Of a stretch of DNA of 64,000 nt, positions 14,628 to 27,562 are shown in pieces. The DNA lies in NCBI RefSeq assembly GCF_009914755.1, contig NC_060930.1; one strand, 5' to 3'. A program made the position numbers and the translations under genes. Source of the stretch: the human T2T-CHM13v2.0 reference genome, Homo sapiens. Position 1 is the first letter of the stretch. Each line of letters begins with the position of its first letter. The notes under the pieces were generated by a model. That model had not been told where the DNA came from. It worked only from the letters and a program-made list of their open reading frames with translations, and ran no database searches.

Positions 14628-14983
14628 TAAAATAATGGATTTTATAAAGTAGTAGAAAAAGGTAAACGATTTAGAAGAAAAATAAGCAGAAGCTTTTTAT
14701 AAAGAGAGGTGTGCAAGTGGTTACGAAACACATGAAATAATATGCAGATTTATTAATAATAAAAGAAATAAGAGGTAAAATAACAGCCATTTGAACATTG
14801 TAAATAGAAAATGAGGGTTAGTGGGATGGATAATAAACTTTCATGAACTGCTTATAAGCATATAGATTTGCATGAAGTTTTTGGTGGATAATTTGGCAAC
14901 ACATTTCAAAAGGCTTGTAATAATTTAGAATCTATTACCTATCACACCTCCTTCTGGGAATTTATTTTAAATAAATAATTTAA

Positions 14984-15280
<297 letters not shown>

Positions 15281-15446
15281 GGAAATAATTAAAAAATTTA
15301 AACTAATTACAGAAAAATGTACTTATCATAGAATTATTTTTAACACAGAAAAACTGAGATGAATTTAAATGAGGTTGAACAATGACATTGGCAATTGGTC
15401 AAATACATTATGATATATTTATATAAGGATATAATATGCATGATTG

Positions 15447-15782
<336 letters not shown>

Positions 15783-16749
15783 TTAATGACATGAGAAATT
15801 AGTCACAATATCTTGTAAAAGACAAAAGTAGCTTATGATGCCATAATGTGACATGATTTCATTTTTATAAAATATATGCTGCAGGAGTATGTGTTTATAT
15901 GTGTATGTATATCTATGTCTAAAAAGATACAATTATAGATAATTTTACATTTTATTCCATAAGTTTTTCTGAATTTAAAAATATCATAAAACAACATGTT
16001 ACTTACATAAAATTTTAGATTTGTAGTTAGAAATATTTAAAATAATTTAAAATGTTGCATTCTGTTATTAAATATTATCAGGCCCTTCAACTGTGTCTGA
16101 CTACTGAAATAAGTCTATTATTAAATAGGTGTAGTGCTTTCTTAAAAATATTATACTCAAACATTAATTGAAAAGCTTACATGTTAAACACATATTCTTC
16201 TTCCAGCAAAATGAAATGTCACCCCGAGTTACCTTGGGTCACCAAGGGTCCCAGTTAGCTTTGTACTGATATTTGGCCGTGTCTTGTAGAACTGCATGAT
16301 GTCATCCTTTTTTGTAACCATTTGCAACTGTAGTTTCTATGGGGACCAAGGAACATCCTAGGGCAAGAATTAAAACAGAGTCAATTGTTTTGGTAGAAAT
16401 TCACTAGGTCAGGACCGTATCACAAAAGAGAAATGAGGGACCTGAAGAGAGAACTCACCATAAAGAAAGGAGTCGGGCAGGGTGAATGAGTCAATTTAGT
16501 AGTAGTTCCTGAAAGTCAGAAATGGGTCATGTTTCAGGAACAGTGTGGCAATCTGAACCTGAACACTTCCCATCCAATTATTTCATCAATCATTGTACCT
16601 TGCCCTCTGGGGGAAATGGGGCAGTGTCTGTAAAGAAACTTGCTGTATCTCAAGGAATTCTGTAATTCTTATAGGTCCCAAAAATCTTCTGTGATGCAGC
16701 TCAACCTGCTCTACTCTTAGCAGAGTGTAATGTGTAGGGAGAAGTTGTT

Positions 16750-17038
16750 CTTTTCTCTTTTTTTGAGATGGAGTTTCACTCTTGTTGCCCAGGCACAATC
16801 TTGGCTCACTGCACCTCTGCAACCTCTGCCTCCTGAGTTCGAGCGATTCTCTGCTCCAGCCTCCTGAGTAGCTGGAATTACAGGCATGTGCCACCACGCC
16901 TGGCTAATTTTGTATTGTTAGTAGAGACAGGGTTTTGCCATGTTGGTCAGGCTGGTATCAAACTCCTGACCTCAGGTGGTCCACCCGCTTCGGCCTTCCA
17001 AAGTGCTGGGATTACAAGCGTGAGCCACTGTGCCCAGC
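16750..17038 (-). mobile_element. Alu (S)
   Basis: Antisense Alu with small indels. Confidence 0.88.
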
Positions 17039-17470
17039 TGACCTTGTTCTTTTCATTTGCAAGAGATGTCACCATGAAGACTGGGAGAATCCACTGTGGC
17101 CAGGTGAATTAGCAGGCAGCTGATGTGCGCGAGGGCAGAGGACTTTCCGGAGTCAAGATTGGACAAATGGAACTCAGTGAAGCAAGGGCTGGGAACAGGT
17201 GGTAGCTTAGAATGATTCATTAGATTAGTTTTGCCAGACACCACTTGGAAACCCAAAAGTATTTTGGAGGAATTTCACAAAGGACTGGCGTCTTGGCATG
17301 AGTTGGTAGGTTCATTTAGCTATTAAGATTTAGATGTTAATGTTATACTTGCAGTTGGCTTTGCAGGGAAAAAAAGAAAAAAATAGAAATTAAAAAATTT
17401 TTAAAAAAGAAAAAACATTTAGATGTTAAAGTTAATGTTGGCTAATTTTTAGCCTTAAGCTGGAGAAGCT

Positions 17471-17863
17471 TGTTCAGGCGTGAGCAGGTATATGCAAACC
17501 TATCCTGAAGGGTTGTGGGAGCTGAGAGGCTGAAGAAAGTGACTGACAAATCCAGTTTTTCAGAAAGAAATATTTAACAGGGTCTTATGAACCAAAGTGA
17601 CTCTCCAGAGGCCATGAGATTACACATCCTCGCATCCACCCTCCAGAAAGTATTCTAAGACTTGGGCAGTTGGTCCCATCTCAAACTTATGACCACTGGG
17701 GAGGTCAGATAAGCATCTTTATGAGGGGTTGTCTATGCTAGATGCTTGGTTTAAAAACCTTGCTGCAGAACACCTTTGCATGCAGGAGCCAGACATTGCT
17801 CTTCATGGAGGTTTTGCTTCAAGATGGCGCCACTCTTGCCACGCAACAGGCTGTTTGCCAACA
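17471..17863 (-). mobile_element. Solo ERV LTR (LTR47-like)
   Basis: TG...CA termini, 393 bp, 5-bp near-TSD aagct/aaact; end resembles LTR47 (aaacagcctgttgc..ggcaagagtg..gccatcttgaagc). Confidence 0.7.
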
Positions 17864-18471
17864 AAACTGTAGGACATTAAGATTACCCGTGATATTGTTT
17901 CTCTTTCTTTCTTTTTTTTTTTTTTTGAAATTTATCTGGGAGTGCTGCTTTATTTTTTGACAAATCTGAGTACTTAATGGATCTGGATGCTTATAAAAGT
18001 TTTATTCATTCATTGAATGTCTATTCATTGAGAAATCTCTATGCATTTGGGAATACGAAGACTTTAAAACATAGTCTTTGCCTTCTAGTGGCGTAAAGTC
18101 TAATGTATGAAACAGAAAAATGTGGCAAAAGGGATGGTCAGAGAGGGCACAAGGAGTATTAAAGCCCTCAGGTGGAGTACCTAACCCAAGTAGAAGGGTG
18201 GGGTCAGGGACTGTTCCCCAAAGGAGGTCACTGACAGTTCCTACTGATCTTGACCATAGCTGCGGTCCCCTGTGACAGCAGTAGGACAGTTCAATGTACT
18301 GATGTGGGAAACAAACTCTATTTAATAACTGCTAAATGGTGCTGAGAATGAGTTAAGGTTAGAGATAATCGGCAAACTGACATAGAGGCTTAAAAATCTT
18401 AAAAATCCCTATAGGATGTTTGGTTATTGACAGAACCAGTTAATATTGAAAATCAATTAAATAGATAAATT

Positions 18472-18831
<360 letters not shown>

Positions 18832-19039
18832 TTAACGAAGGTTCACCTGCAGCACGACTCATGAGGGCATGGATCCTCTGGTCCACACTTCCCTCTCCCT
18901 CCGTATGTTCTGCCCATTCCTCCCTGACTATTAGTACACAGCCCTTTTCTCCCCAGAGGACAATATACACTGGCACAGTGCCAAAACAACTGGATTGGAA
19001 GGGTTTAGTTTTAAGCTACCACACTGTTCCTGGACCACA

Positions 19040-19920
19040 ACACCCCACCGAGATTTTGAAAAGCCTGAGCCAATTATTTTCTAGAATGTCACACATTCTG
19101 GATTGGTCTGATTCTTTCCTCATCATGTTATTTTACTTGTACCTCTATCTCCTGTATTTCTGGAAATCTGAAAATTATATTTAAAGCCTTAGCAGCTTCA
19201 GGTGAAATATTTATGGCAAGACTACCTTGCAGTGATGATATAGCTTTCACAGGAGCTTTCACAGATTGTCCACCATTAATGATGCTGAGTTTAATCACGA
19301 TAAAGGTGGTGACAACCAGGTTTATTTACATGGAGTAAAAATATGTTCTCTCCTGAGCAATTACCAAGTATTTTGTGGGGGGTAGTATTTTGGCAACTTA
19401 TAAATATTTCGGTCCACATTAACCTTTCATGTAATGGTTTTAGAATATATTGATGATCTTTGCATCAATCAGTTATCAGTTGTGGTGGCAAAATGGTAAT
19501 TTTCCAATTATTTTATGTCTCCTATATTTATTATTGAAAATTCTTCTGTGCAAAGCAGCTTTCCCATACTACTACTTCTAAAAAGTCATGGTAAATCTTT
19601 CTTTCCCTTTAATTTTTAGAGTAAGGAGACTAAGGAATTGCGTACTTGTCACCTTTAATGGTGGCCTACTAGTTTTTCTTCCTCATTTTTTGAGTATTAT
19701 TATGGGTATATAGATTTTGTATTCAGTATGTTACAATAATTACAGGTGTTATCCTTTTATGATGTCAGATTATCTCCCATTTGCTCAAAGAAAGCTGTTT
19801 CTCGCTAGTCCTTGTGTTTTTGATAGTCCCCATTTGTCTTTGCTTTTTGGCACAAGAAGATGTCCAAGGTTCACCTTGTACTTCCCTTTCTCCCTGTCAT
19901 TTCTAAAAGAAGCTCTGTGA
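19040..19920 (-). mobile_element. Old L1M (MC/ME) 3' fragment
   Basis: Degenerate antisense L1MC-type 3'UTR text. Confidence 0.5.
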
Positions 19921-20084
19921 AAAATTCCTTTTTCAGACTTGGGTAATTAAAATGTTCCTCCACATGGTAGGTGTTGATAAGACTCTATATTCATAATACT
20001 GGTGGTGAAAAATATGTGGCATTTGGGCTGTTACCTCTGCTTAGGTAAGAGAATGAAACTTCCATATATCTCTTGGTACACACC

Positions 20085-20896
<812 letters not shown>

Positions 20897-21937
20897 CTAT
20901 GAATGTGGACCACATTTTTGCAGCTTTTATTTCCGCAGTTACTTATGTTTCTTTCTCTGCTATTATATGATCAGCTCCATAAGTAAAAGACCTGTCTTAC
21001 CTGCACATCCTCAGCACAGAGCTCAAGCATTAAATAAATATTAGGGGAACTGGTTGTACTTTCCTACCAGCCCATAAATGGGCATCAGAAACTCAACGTG
21101 TTAGAATTATTTGAAAATCAGAGTAACTAGTTTGCCGACTTCTAGTGTGCAGCCTTTACGCCAGCTGTTGTGGCTGTGTAGGGGTCTTCTTTTCTTCCAT
21201 CCCTATTCTACGATGCATTCAACATAAGCGAAGTGTTATTATTCACGAAAGGCGCTAATTTGTGGACGGATGCACCTAATGTTCTTAACCCCTGGTTTCT
21301 TCGCACTAAAACCAATCCCAATAGCATTCCGTTTCAAGTGAAAGGTTTTTATTTTTTTAAACTAAGTAAATTTCTTTTTCTCCCAATTTACTCACTGCAG
21401 TACCTTATACTACAAGAACCAGCAACTGGTTTCCTCTTAATGTCTAAACATAACATCATTGTTAAAAATTAGAGACTTTGTCACAATTTGCAGTTTTTAA
21501 AAGTAAGGTAAATAAAGTATCTCATTATACAGAAGTACAAGGTCTCGTTCTTGTACATTTCGCTCTTCCCAAATATTCTGCAATCAGAACCCTGATTGCA
21601 AAACTAAGCACATGGATTCTCAAAAGACACCAGGCCAGAGAATTCTTTCATCCTAGTCCCAATCTCGCCCTTGAAAGCGTGGGAGGGGCAAGGCTGCGCC
21701 ACGGGAAATAAATGAGGGCTGCCAAAGGCCGTCGGAGGCCGCGGGGCTCGGCAGGCAGGCGAAGACCCAGCGTCGCATTGCAGAGTCGAGACGACCTGGG
21801 CTGCCGTGACGCCGCAGTCGCCGGCCCTAGTTTCCCCCGCCCTGCCCGAGCGCGTCCGCGCCTCTCGCCCGAATCCGGGTACCACCGGCGACTCGGGTCG
21901 GCCCCTTCTGGCTTGTTCCGGCGTCCGGCCTGGCATG

Positions 21938-21997
21938 CGGGTGCTGCGGCTGCTGCGGCTGCCGCCGCCGCTGCTGCCGCTGCCGCGGGGGCTGCGG
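21938..21997 (+). repeat. Interrupted CNG (CTG/CCG/CGG) trinucleotide repeat, 20 units
   Basis: cgg gtg ctg cgg ctg ctg cgg ctg ccg ccg ccg ctg ctg ccg ctg ccg cgg ggg ctg cgg: 18 of 20 triplets are CNG. Confidence 0.9.
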
Positions 21998-22204
21998 CTT
22001 GGGAAGCTCCGCGCTTCCGCAGGCCTGGCCTCCGCCGCCCGGGCCCCCGCAGCCTGTCGCTGGACCCCGCGCCGGCCCAGCGCACCGCCCTCAGGCCCCG
22101 AGCCCCGCCCTGGCCTCCGCCTCGGCCTCGCCTCCAGCCCCGGGACGCGGCCCGCCACCGCCGCTGCCGCCAGCCCAGACGCGCCGCCCGCATGCGCCGC
22201 GACC

Positions 22205-22223
22205 ATGGAGCGCCCCGAAGCGG
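22205..22223 (+). CDS. AKAP7: AKAP7 long isoform coding exon 1 (MERPEA-G), phase-1 donor
   Basis: Strong Kozak gcgaccATGG at 22205; donor G|gtgaga at 22224; splices in frame to 31726 giving the recognisable AKAP7 N-terminus MERPEAGGINSNECENV. Confidence 0.95.
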
Positions 22224-23417
22224 GTGAGACCGGGCTGTCCAGCGGGCCGGGGCGGGGGCGACAGGAGCCGCGGGGGCCTGGGCCTGCTCTGCGCTCGAAC
22301 TTTGGGAGGGCCTGACCCGCGCCGGCCCTTCTCCGAGTCTCCCTCCTTCCCAAAAGGACTCAGGGTAGCACCGAGAAGCCCGGTGCAACCGGGGTGTACA
22401 TCAGTGCTGCCTGTAGCGAAGCGTTTTAATGCACGCATTGTGGGTCCGACAGGAGGCGGGGGTATGAGCCCATCCCCGAGTTTCACTTTTCTTTCTCCCT
22501 TTCTCATCCTGTGACCCTTTGCACAAAGTTCATGCCAGTACACATTCCTTCCGACGGTGTTGATGTGGGTAAATGTAAACAAAACCTAGTAAAATTTCGA
22601 TTTTATCTTATATCACAAATATTAAGCACCCGAACCACCATACTGTCTCATTTAGGATTTTCTGCCAGGTTTGGACATGACCGCTTTTAAAACTGGCGCC
22701 AAGTCTACACTAGCGCCCGGAATGAATTTCCAGTTTAGGTCAGCGTTTGTTGTGAACTGAACTTTGTGATAGAGCGAGTTAGGGGTGGACTTTCGGTAAA
22801 AGGGTCCGCAAACCAATTAGAGAAAAGGTGCTCCTCTGCAAGAGTTTCATAGGATAAACTCATAGAAGAGTATAAAAAGCATAAAAACGTTAAAGTGTAC
22901 TATATAAATAGCAGTTAATCGTGTGAATATGTTGACAATTGTTAAGTGAATGATGACAGTGAGTTTTTGCATTTAGGAAATGCATGGGAATGGAAATTGT
23001 TAAGGAGAAAAGAGCCATACTCCAGTTCCTTGTTTAAGTGCCGTGGCTTTGCAATTCAGGATCCTGTTAGCATATCTGTATATTTTCCTTACTCATAAAG
23101 TTTAAGATGTTTGTGGAGGTTACTTCCTCCTTTCATCCATTTTCGGACACTATTAACTTGTTTTGTCCATTTCTCCCTAATAATTTGGATTTTACTTTTG
23201 TTCCCTTTTTATGAGGAGGAAAGGAAAGCCTGGAGGTCAAGTAACTTGTTGATTTCTACGCAGCTGTCAACATTTACTAACGTGTAAGATGCTAATACTA
23301 TTTTTAGTAGCTAAGCCAGGACTAGAATGGATGCCCTTAGCCCTTTCCAGTTGTTCTTAGGAATAAACTTATTTATGTATGTACTTATGTATGTATGTAT
23401 ATATGTATATATGTATT

Positions 23418-23690
23418 TAGAGACAGGGTCTTCCTCTGTTGGCTCAGGTGGAAGTGCACTGGCGCGATCATGGCTCACTGCAGCCTAGATCGGCTGGGAT
23501 CATGCCAACCTCCTGTTTCAGCCTCCCCAAGTAGCGGGGACTACAGGTCTGTGCCAACATGCCTGACTAATTTTTGTATTTTTTTTTTTGTAGAGACGGG
23601 GTCTTGCCATGTCACCAAGGCTTGAACTCCTGGGCTCAAGCAGTCCTTCTCTGAGTGCTGGGATTACACGTGTGAGCCAACTTGCTCAGC
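23418..23690 (-). mobile_element. Alu (J) with (TATG)n tail
   Basis: Diverged antisense Alu. Confidence 0.85.
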
Positions 23691-23791
23691 TGGGATAAAT
23701 TTACTATTTACCTAGTAGAGTGATGAGAGACTTACTTCACAAAATTGAGTAGTCATTTATTATCCAGTTAGGAAACCTGCATTTTGTGTGA

Positions 23792-24122
<331 letters not shown>

Positions 24123-24519
24123 CACCCTGTTGGCCTGTTTTTGATGAAGGCATTTGCTTCACCTGTATTTGAATATTTGCATATATTTAAAGGTATGGTT
24201 TTATAATATACTTAAAATGTATGTATTGTTTTTCTTAGGTAATATTCAATTTTGAAACGTTTGAATAGCAGAAATGAGAAACATGAATATATTCAATATA
24301 GTTGTCAGCATTTACAAGCAGTTTATACTGTTTAGCCTTTGGCCACATAATTGTAAATCATAGAGCATATGCAATTTTATATCTCCTTTCTAAAAACTTG
24401 GCATTTGTTGTTAGCTTTTTTCTGTCATTGCATTCTTCATAGTCATTGTTCGTAGTTGTCATTGTCGCGAGCATGCTTCGTTTAACTGTTTCCCTATTTT
24501 TTTCATTGTTTCTATTTCA

Positions 24520-24850
24520 TTGTACCCAGTCACCATCCATGTTCCCCCCACCCGTTCCACCACCCTCCCCAGCCTCTGGTAACCATTCTTCTATTCTCTA
24601 TCTCCATGAGTTCAAATGTTTTAATTTTAGTTCCCACAAATAAGTGAGAACATAGAAAGTTTGTTTTTCTATGCCTGGCTTATTTCACTTAACATAAGGA
24701 TCTCCAGTTCCATCCATGTTGCAAATGACAGGATCTTATTCTTTTGTATGGCTGAATAGTACTCCATTGTATATATGTACCATATTTCCTTTTTCCATTG
24801 GATAACCTTAGTTATCCAACACTTAAATTGCTTCCAAATCTTGGCTATTG
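24520..24850 (-). mobile_element. L1MA-type 3' end fragment
   Basis: cccagcctctggtaaccatt...cccacaaataagtgagaacat...tggctgaatagtactccattgt. Confidence 0.8.
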
Positions 24851-25064
24851 TACCATTTCCTTGTTATTAGGCATTTAAGTTTTGTTCCACTTTTCCTTTT
24901 TTGTTTAAATAAAGCTGTGGTGAATCTTTGAGCATGGATGATAGATAACCAGAGAGCAGTAAGAAGAACATCGGAAGAATATTTCTGTGGCTTCTGGTCT
25001 ATTGCCAGATTGCTTTCTGAAAGGATTGCCTCCGTTTACATTGCTATAGTCAGTGTATAATAAG

Positions 25065-25300
25065 GTGGCAGTGTGTGGTGCCAGAAAGGGCATAATGGTA
25101 ATAGAGTGACTGGATTCCAGTTCCAGCCCCAAGACCCACTAGTTTTACCCTTGAGCAAGTACTTATTTAATCAGTTAGTTTGTAAAATGAGCATCATAAT
25201 AGTACCTCTCCATAGTGTGGTTGTGTGGATTAAATGAGTTCCTCCCAGTGCTTCCAGCTGTGCCTGGCTTCAAGCATGCACTTAAATGTTAGCTGTTGTT
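25065..25300 (+). mobile_element. MIR
   Basis: MIR core (ccttgagcaagt...tgtaaaatgag...ataatagtacct...gattaaatgag). Confidence 0.65.
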
Positions 25301-26571
25301 AGTAGTAGTAACAGACATATTAATAGTTTACCAGCTTCACCTCATCTTTATGTTATTAATGCATTTGGAAGCATAACTTTTATTTGGATTTATACAAAAG
25401 ATAGAATTTTAACTATGGTTAGAACAAATTGTAGGAGACTTTTAAGTACTCAACCCAATGAACTTAAAAGAGTTTAAATGCTTTAAGAGTTGGTTATTTT
25501 AAGGCAGTTTTCCAAAAGCAAAATATTTATACCTTCTATAAGAGAAAGTGTAGTTATGACTGGTGTATTTAATTCACATCTACCAACCTTTGCCCAAACA
25601 CTAGAGCTTAGAGAACTGGAGGAAGTGTTCTAAATATTTGGTTTGAGAAACATTGTTCTATAGAATGACCAGCAGTTCTTTCAAGACTTATTTGAAAGTG
25701 GCACTCCTTTTTTTTGAGTTAATAATTCCTATCTCAAAAATTGTTGAGTTAATAATTCCTATTATTCTATAGCTTAAGAGAAGATAGTTGTTTGTATTTC
25801 AAGTTCTAGACTCCTGTGGATTTTGATGTAACATTGCATTTGAGTTTAATATGCTTTATTTAGCAAGGTAAAGAATGATGTTGAACAAGTTATATTATGC
25901 TTTAATTTTTATTTTCATGTCAAATGGGATACTAGTACTTTTCCTTTATTCATCTGGTGAAAATGAGAGAATCTGTGTTGTGCTGAGGCTGCCACTAAAT
26001 ACCAGGAATTATTTTTCATGGGCAGTGAGATAGCTGTATTGCATTGTAGCTATCTACACTAGCTACTAGTGACTTACTAACCACTCTCAAATGTGGACTT
26101 ACCTTTATCACATTTATTCATTCAGTAAAAATTTATTGAGCACCTATTGTGAGCTGAACTCAGTGCTAGGCATGGAGGAATCAAAGGAGAATAAGACAAG
26201 GCTTTTAAGGAACTTCGACTATGGTGACGACACATGATGGAGTGCAGTTATAGGAAGTTGTCCCTTTCACTTTCAAAAGTGTCCTGGTTTGGTGAATTGT
26301 ATGGTCACTTTACCTTAGAATCTAATGGATAAGACAGATAAACGGACATGTATAACATAAAGTATACATGCAGTGATTGGAGGAAGCACTAGGTGCCTAG
26401 AAGATTGGATTACCTAACTCAGCCCTGAGCTGGCGATCTGCAAGGTTTTCCCTGACGGTAGAGGTCTGATCTAAGGTTTTACTTTGAAGTTGATTGTTCT
26501 TAACTGTTCACACAATCTCTTAGTCTGGTGTGAGGTCAAGGTATAGAAGAAGTGAAAGGGGATCTTCTGGA

Positions 26572-26750
26572 GCAGTGGTTTTCAATTGGAAAACCACTCT
26601 TGCACATCGGAATTACTCTGCAGAGGTTTAAAAAAATACCAGAGGTTGGCCTAATCTCCAGAGATTCTGATTTAATTGGCTGGAGTGACACACATGCGTT
26701 CTAGTGATTTTTTTTTTTTAAAGCTCTGCAGGTGATTCTAATGTGCAGTT
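26572..26750. mobile_element. MER5A
   Basis: cagtggttttcaa...ccagagattctgatttaattgg...caggtgattctaatgtgcag. Confidence 0.7.
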
Positions 26751-27562
26751 ACTATTATTACCATTGTTACCGTGTGATTCTCTCTTTGGTATAGCCAGAA
26801 TGAAGTCCATAGCACTTGCTCTCTAATTGTTGGTGATTAATTGAGCTCAGGAGAAACCAAAAGTTAAGCGATTTTGCGAACTTTTCTTATTTAAAAATTG
26901 ACTTAATTTAATTCATCATTGTATTCTTTCTTTTGCCTTCAAAATGTGTTGAAGCCCAAAATTAAGTTTCCTCTCCCTCACTTATTGCTAAGAATCTGTA
27001 TTTCCAAGTAGCACAAGAACTTGGAAGCTAGTAGTGAGATGACGGTGTTAAATAGGTCAATTTTTTATCACTAAATTCTTAGATTGAGAATAAAATAGAG
27101 GAAAAACAATGGTTGGGTTTATTTCATTTTGTTCTGATTTTCATTCAGCCTTGTTTCTATTTAGTTGCATGTTTTATTACTAGCTTTTCAAGTGTAACAT
27201 ACATGGTCAGTGGTGATCCTTTATGTGTAGCTGCATGTGCCCAAAGGTACAGGATGTGTATTCATCTATGAAAACTTTTATTTAAGCCTAAGCTGCATTT
27301 GTGTTTTTAAAACACAAGCATAAAAATAGAAAAGAGGCATTTAACTTGTTCTCGCATTTTTCACATATTTGCAAGTTTATGAATAGACTCATAGTGAACT
27401 GACAGTTGTTGAACACCTGTGTATGAGGCATTCATAATTCCTAAAATTTGAACTGTAATATAAATAGTAACATTATTAAGAATGTACTATTAGGGTTTTT
27501 TGGCATTGAACTTAATTAATTAAAAAAGGCTTTGTTGTTTTTTGCTTTTATCCAGAATATAG

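Larger units (their letters stand above)
21670..22560. promoter_or_regulatory. AKAP7: CpG island / AKAP7 promoter and first exon
   Basis: Abrupt very GC- and CpG-rich segment in AT-rich surroundings; GC box ggggcggggg about 22249; NRF1-like cgcatgcgc about 22189; TGACG half-CRE about 21807. Confidence 0.92.

Noticed and set aside
21604-22582. Long ORFs on both strands across the CpG island (249, 246, 171, 171, 163 aa)
   Set aside because: Stop-poor GC-rich sequence opens nearly every frame and the products are low-complexity R/P/A/G. Only the frame continuous with AKAP7 was kept as a hypothesis
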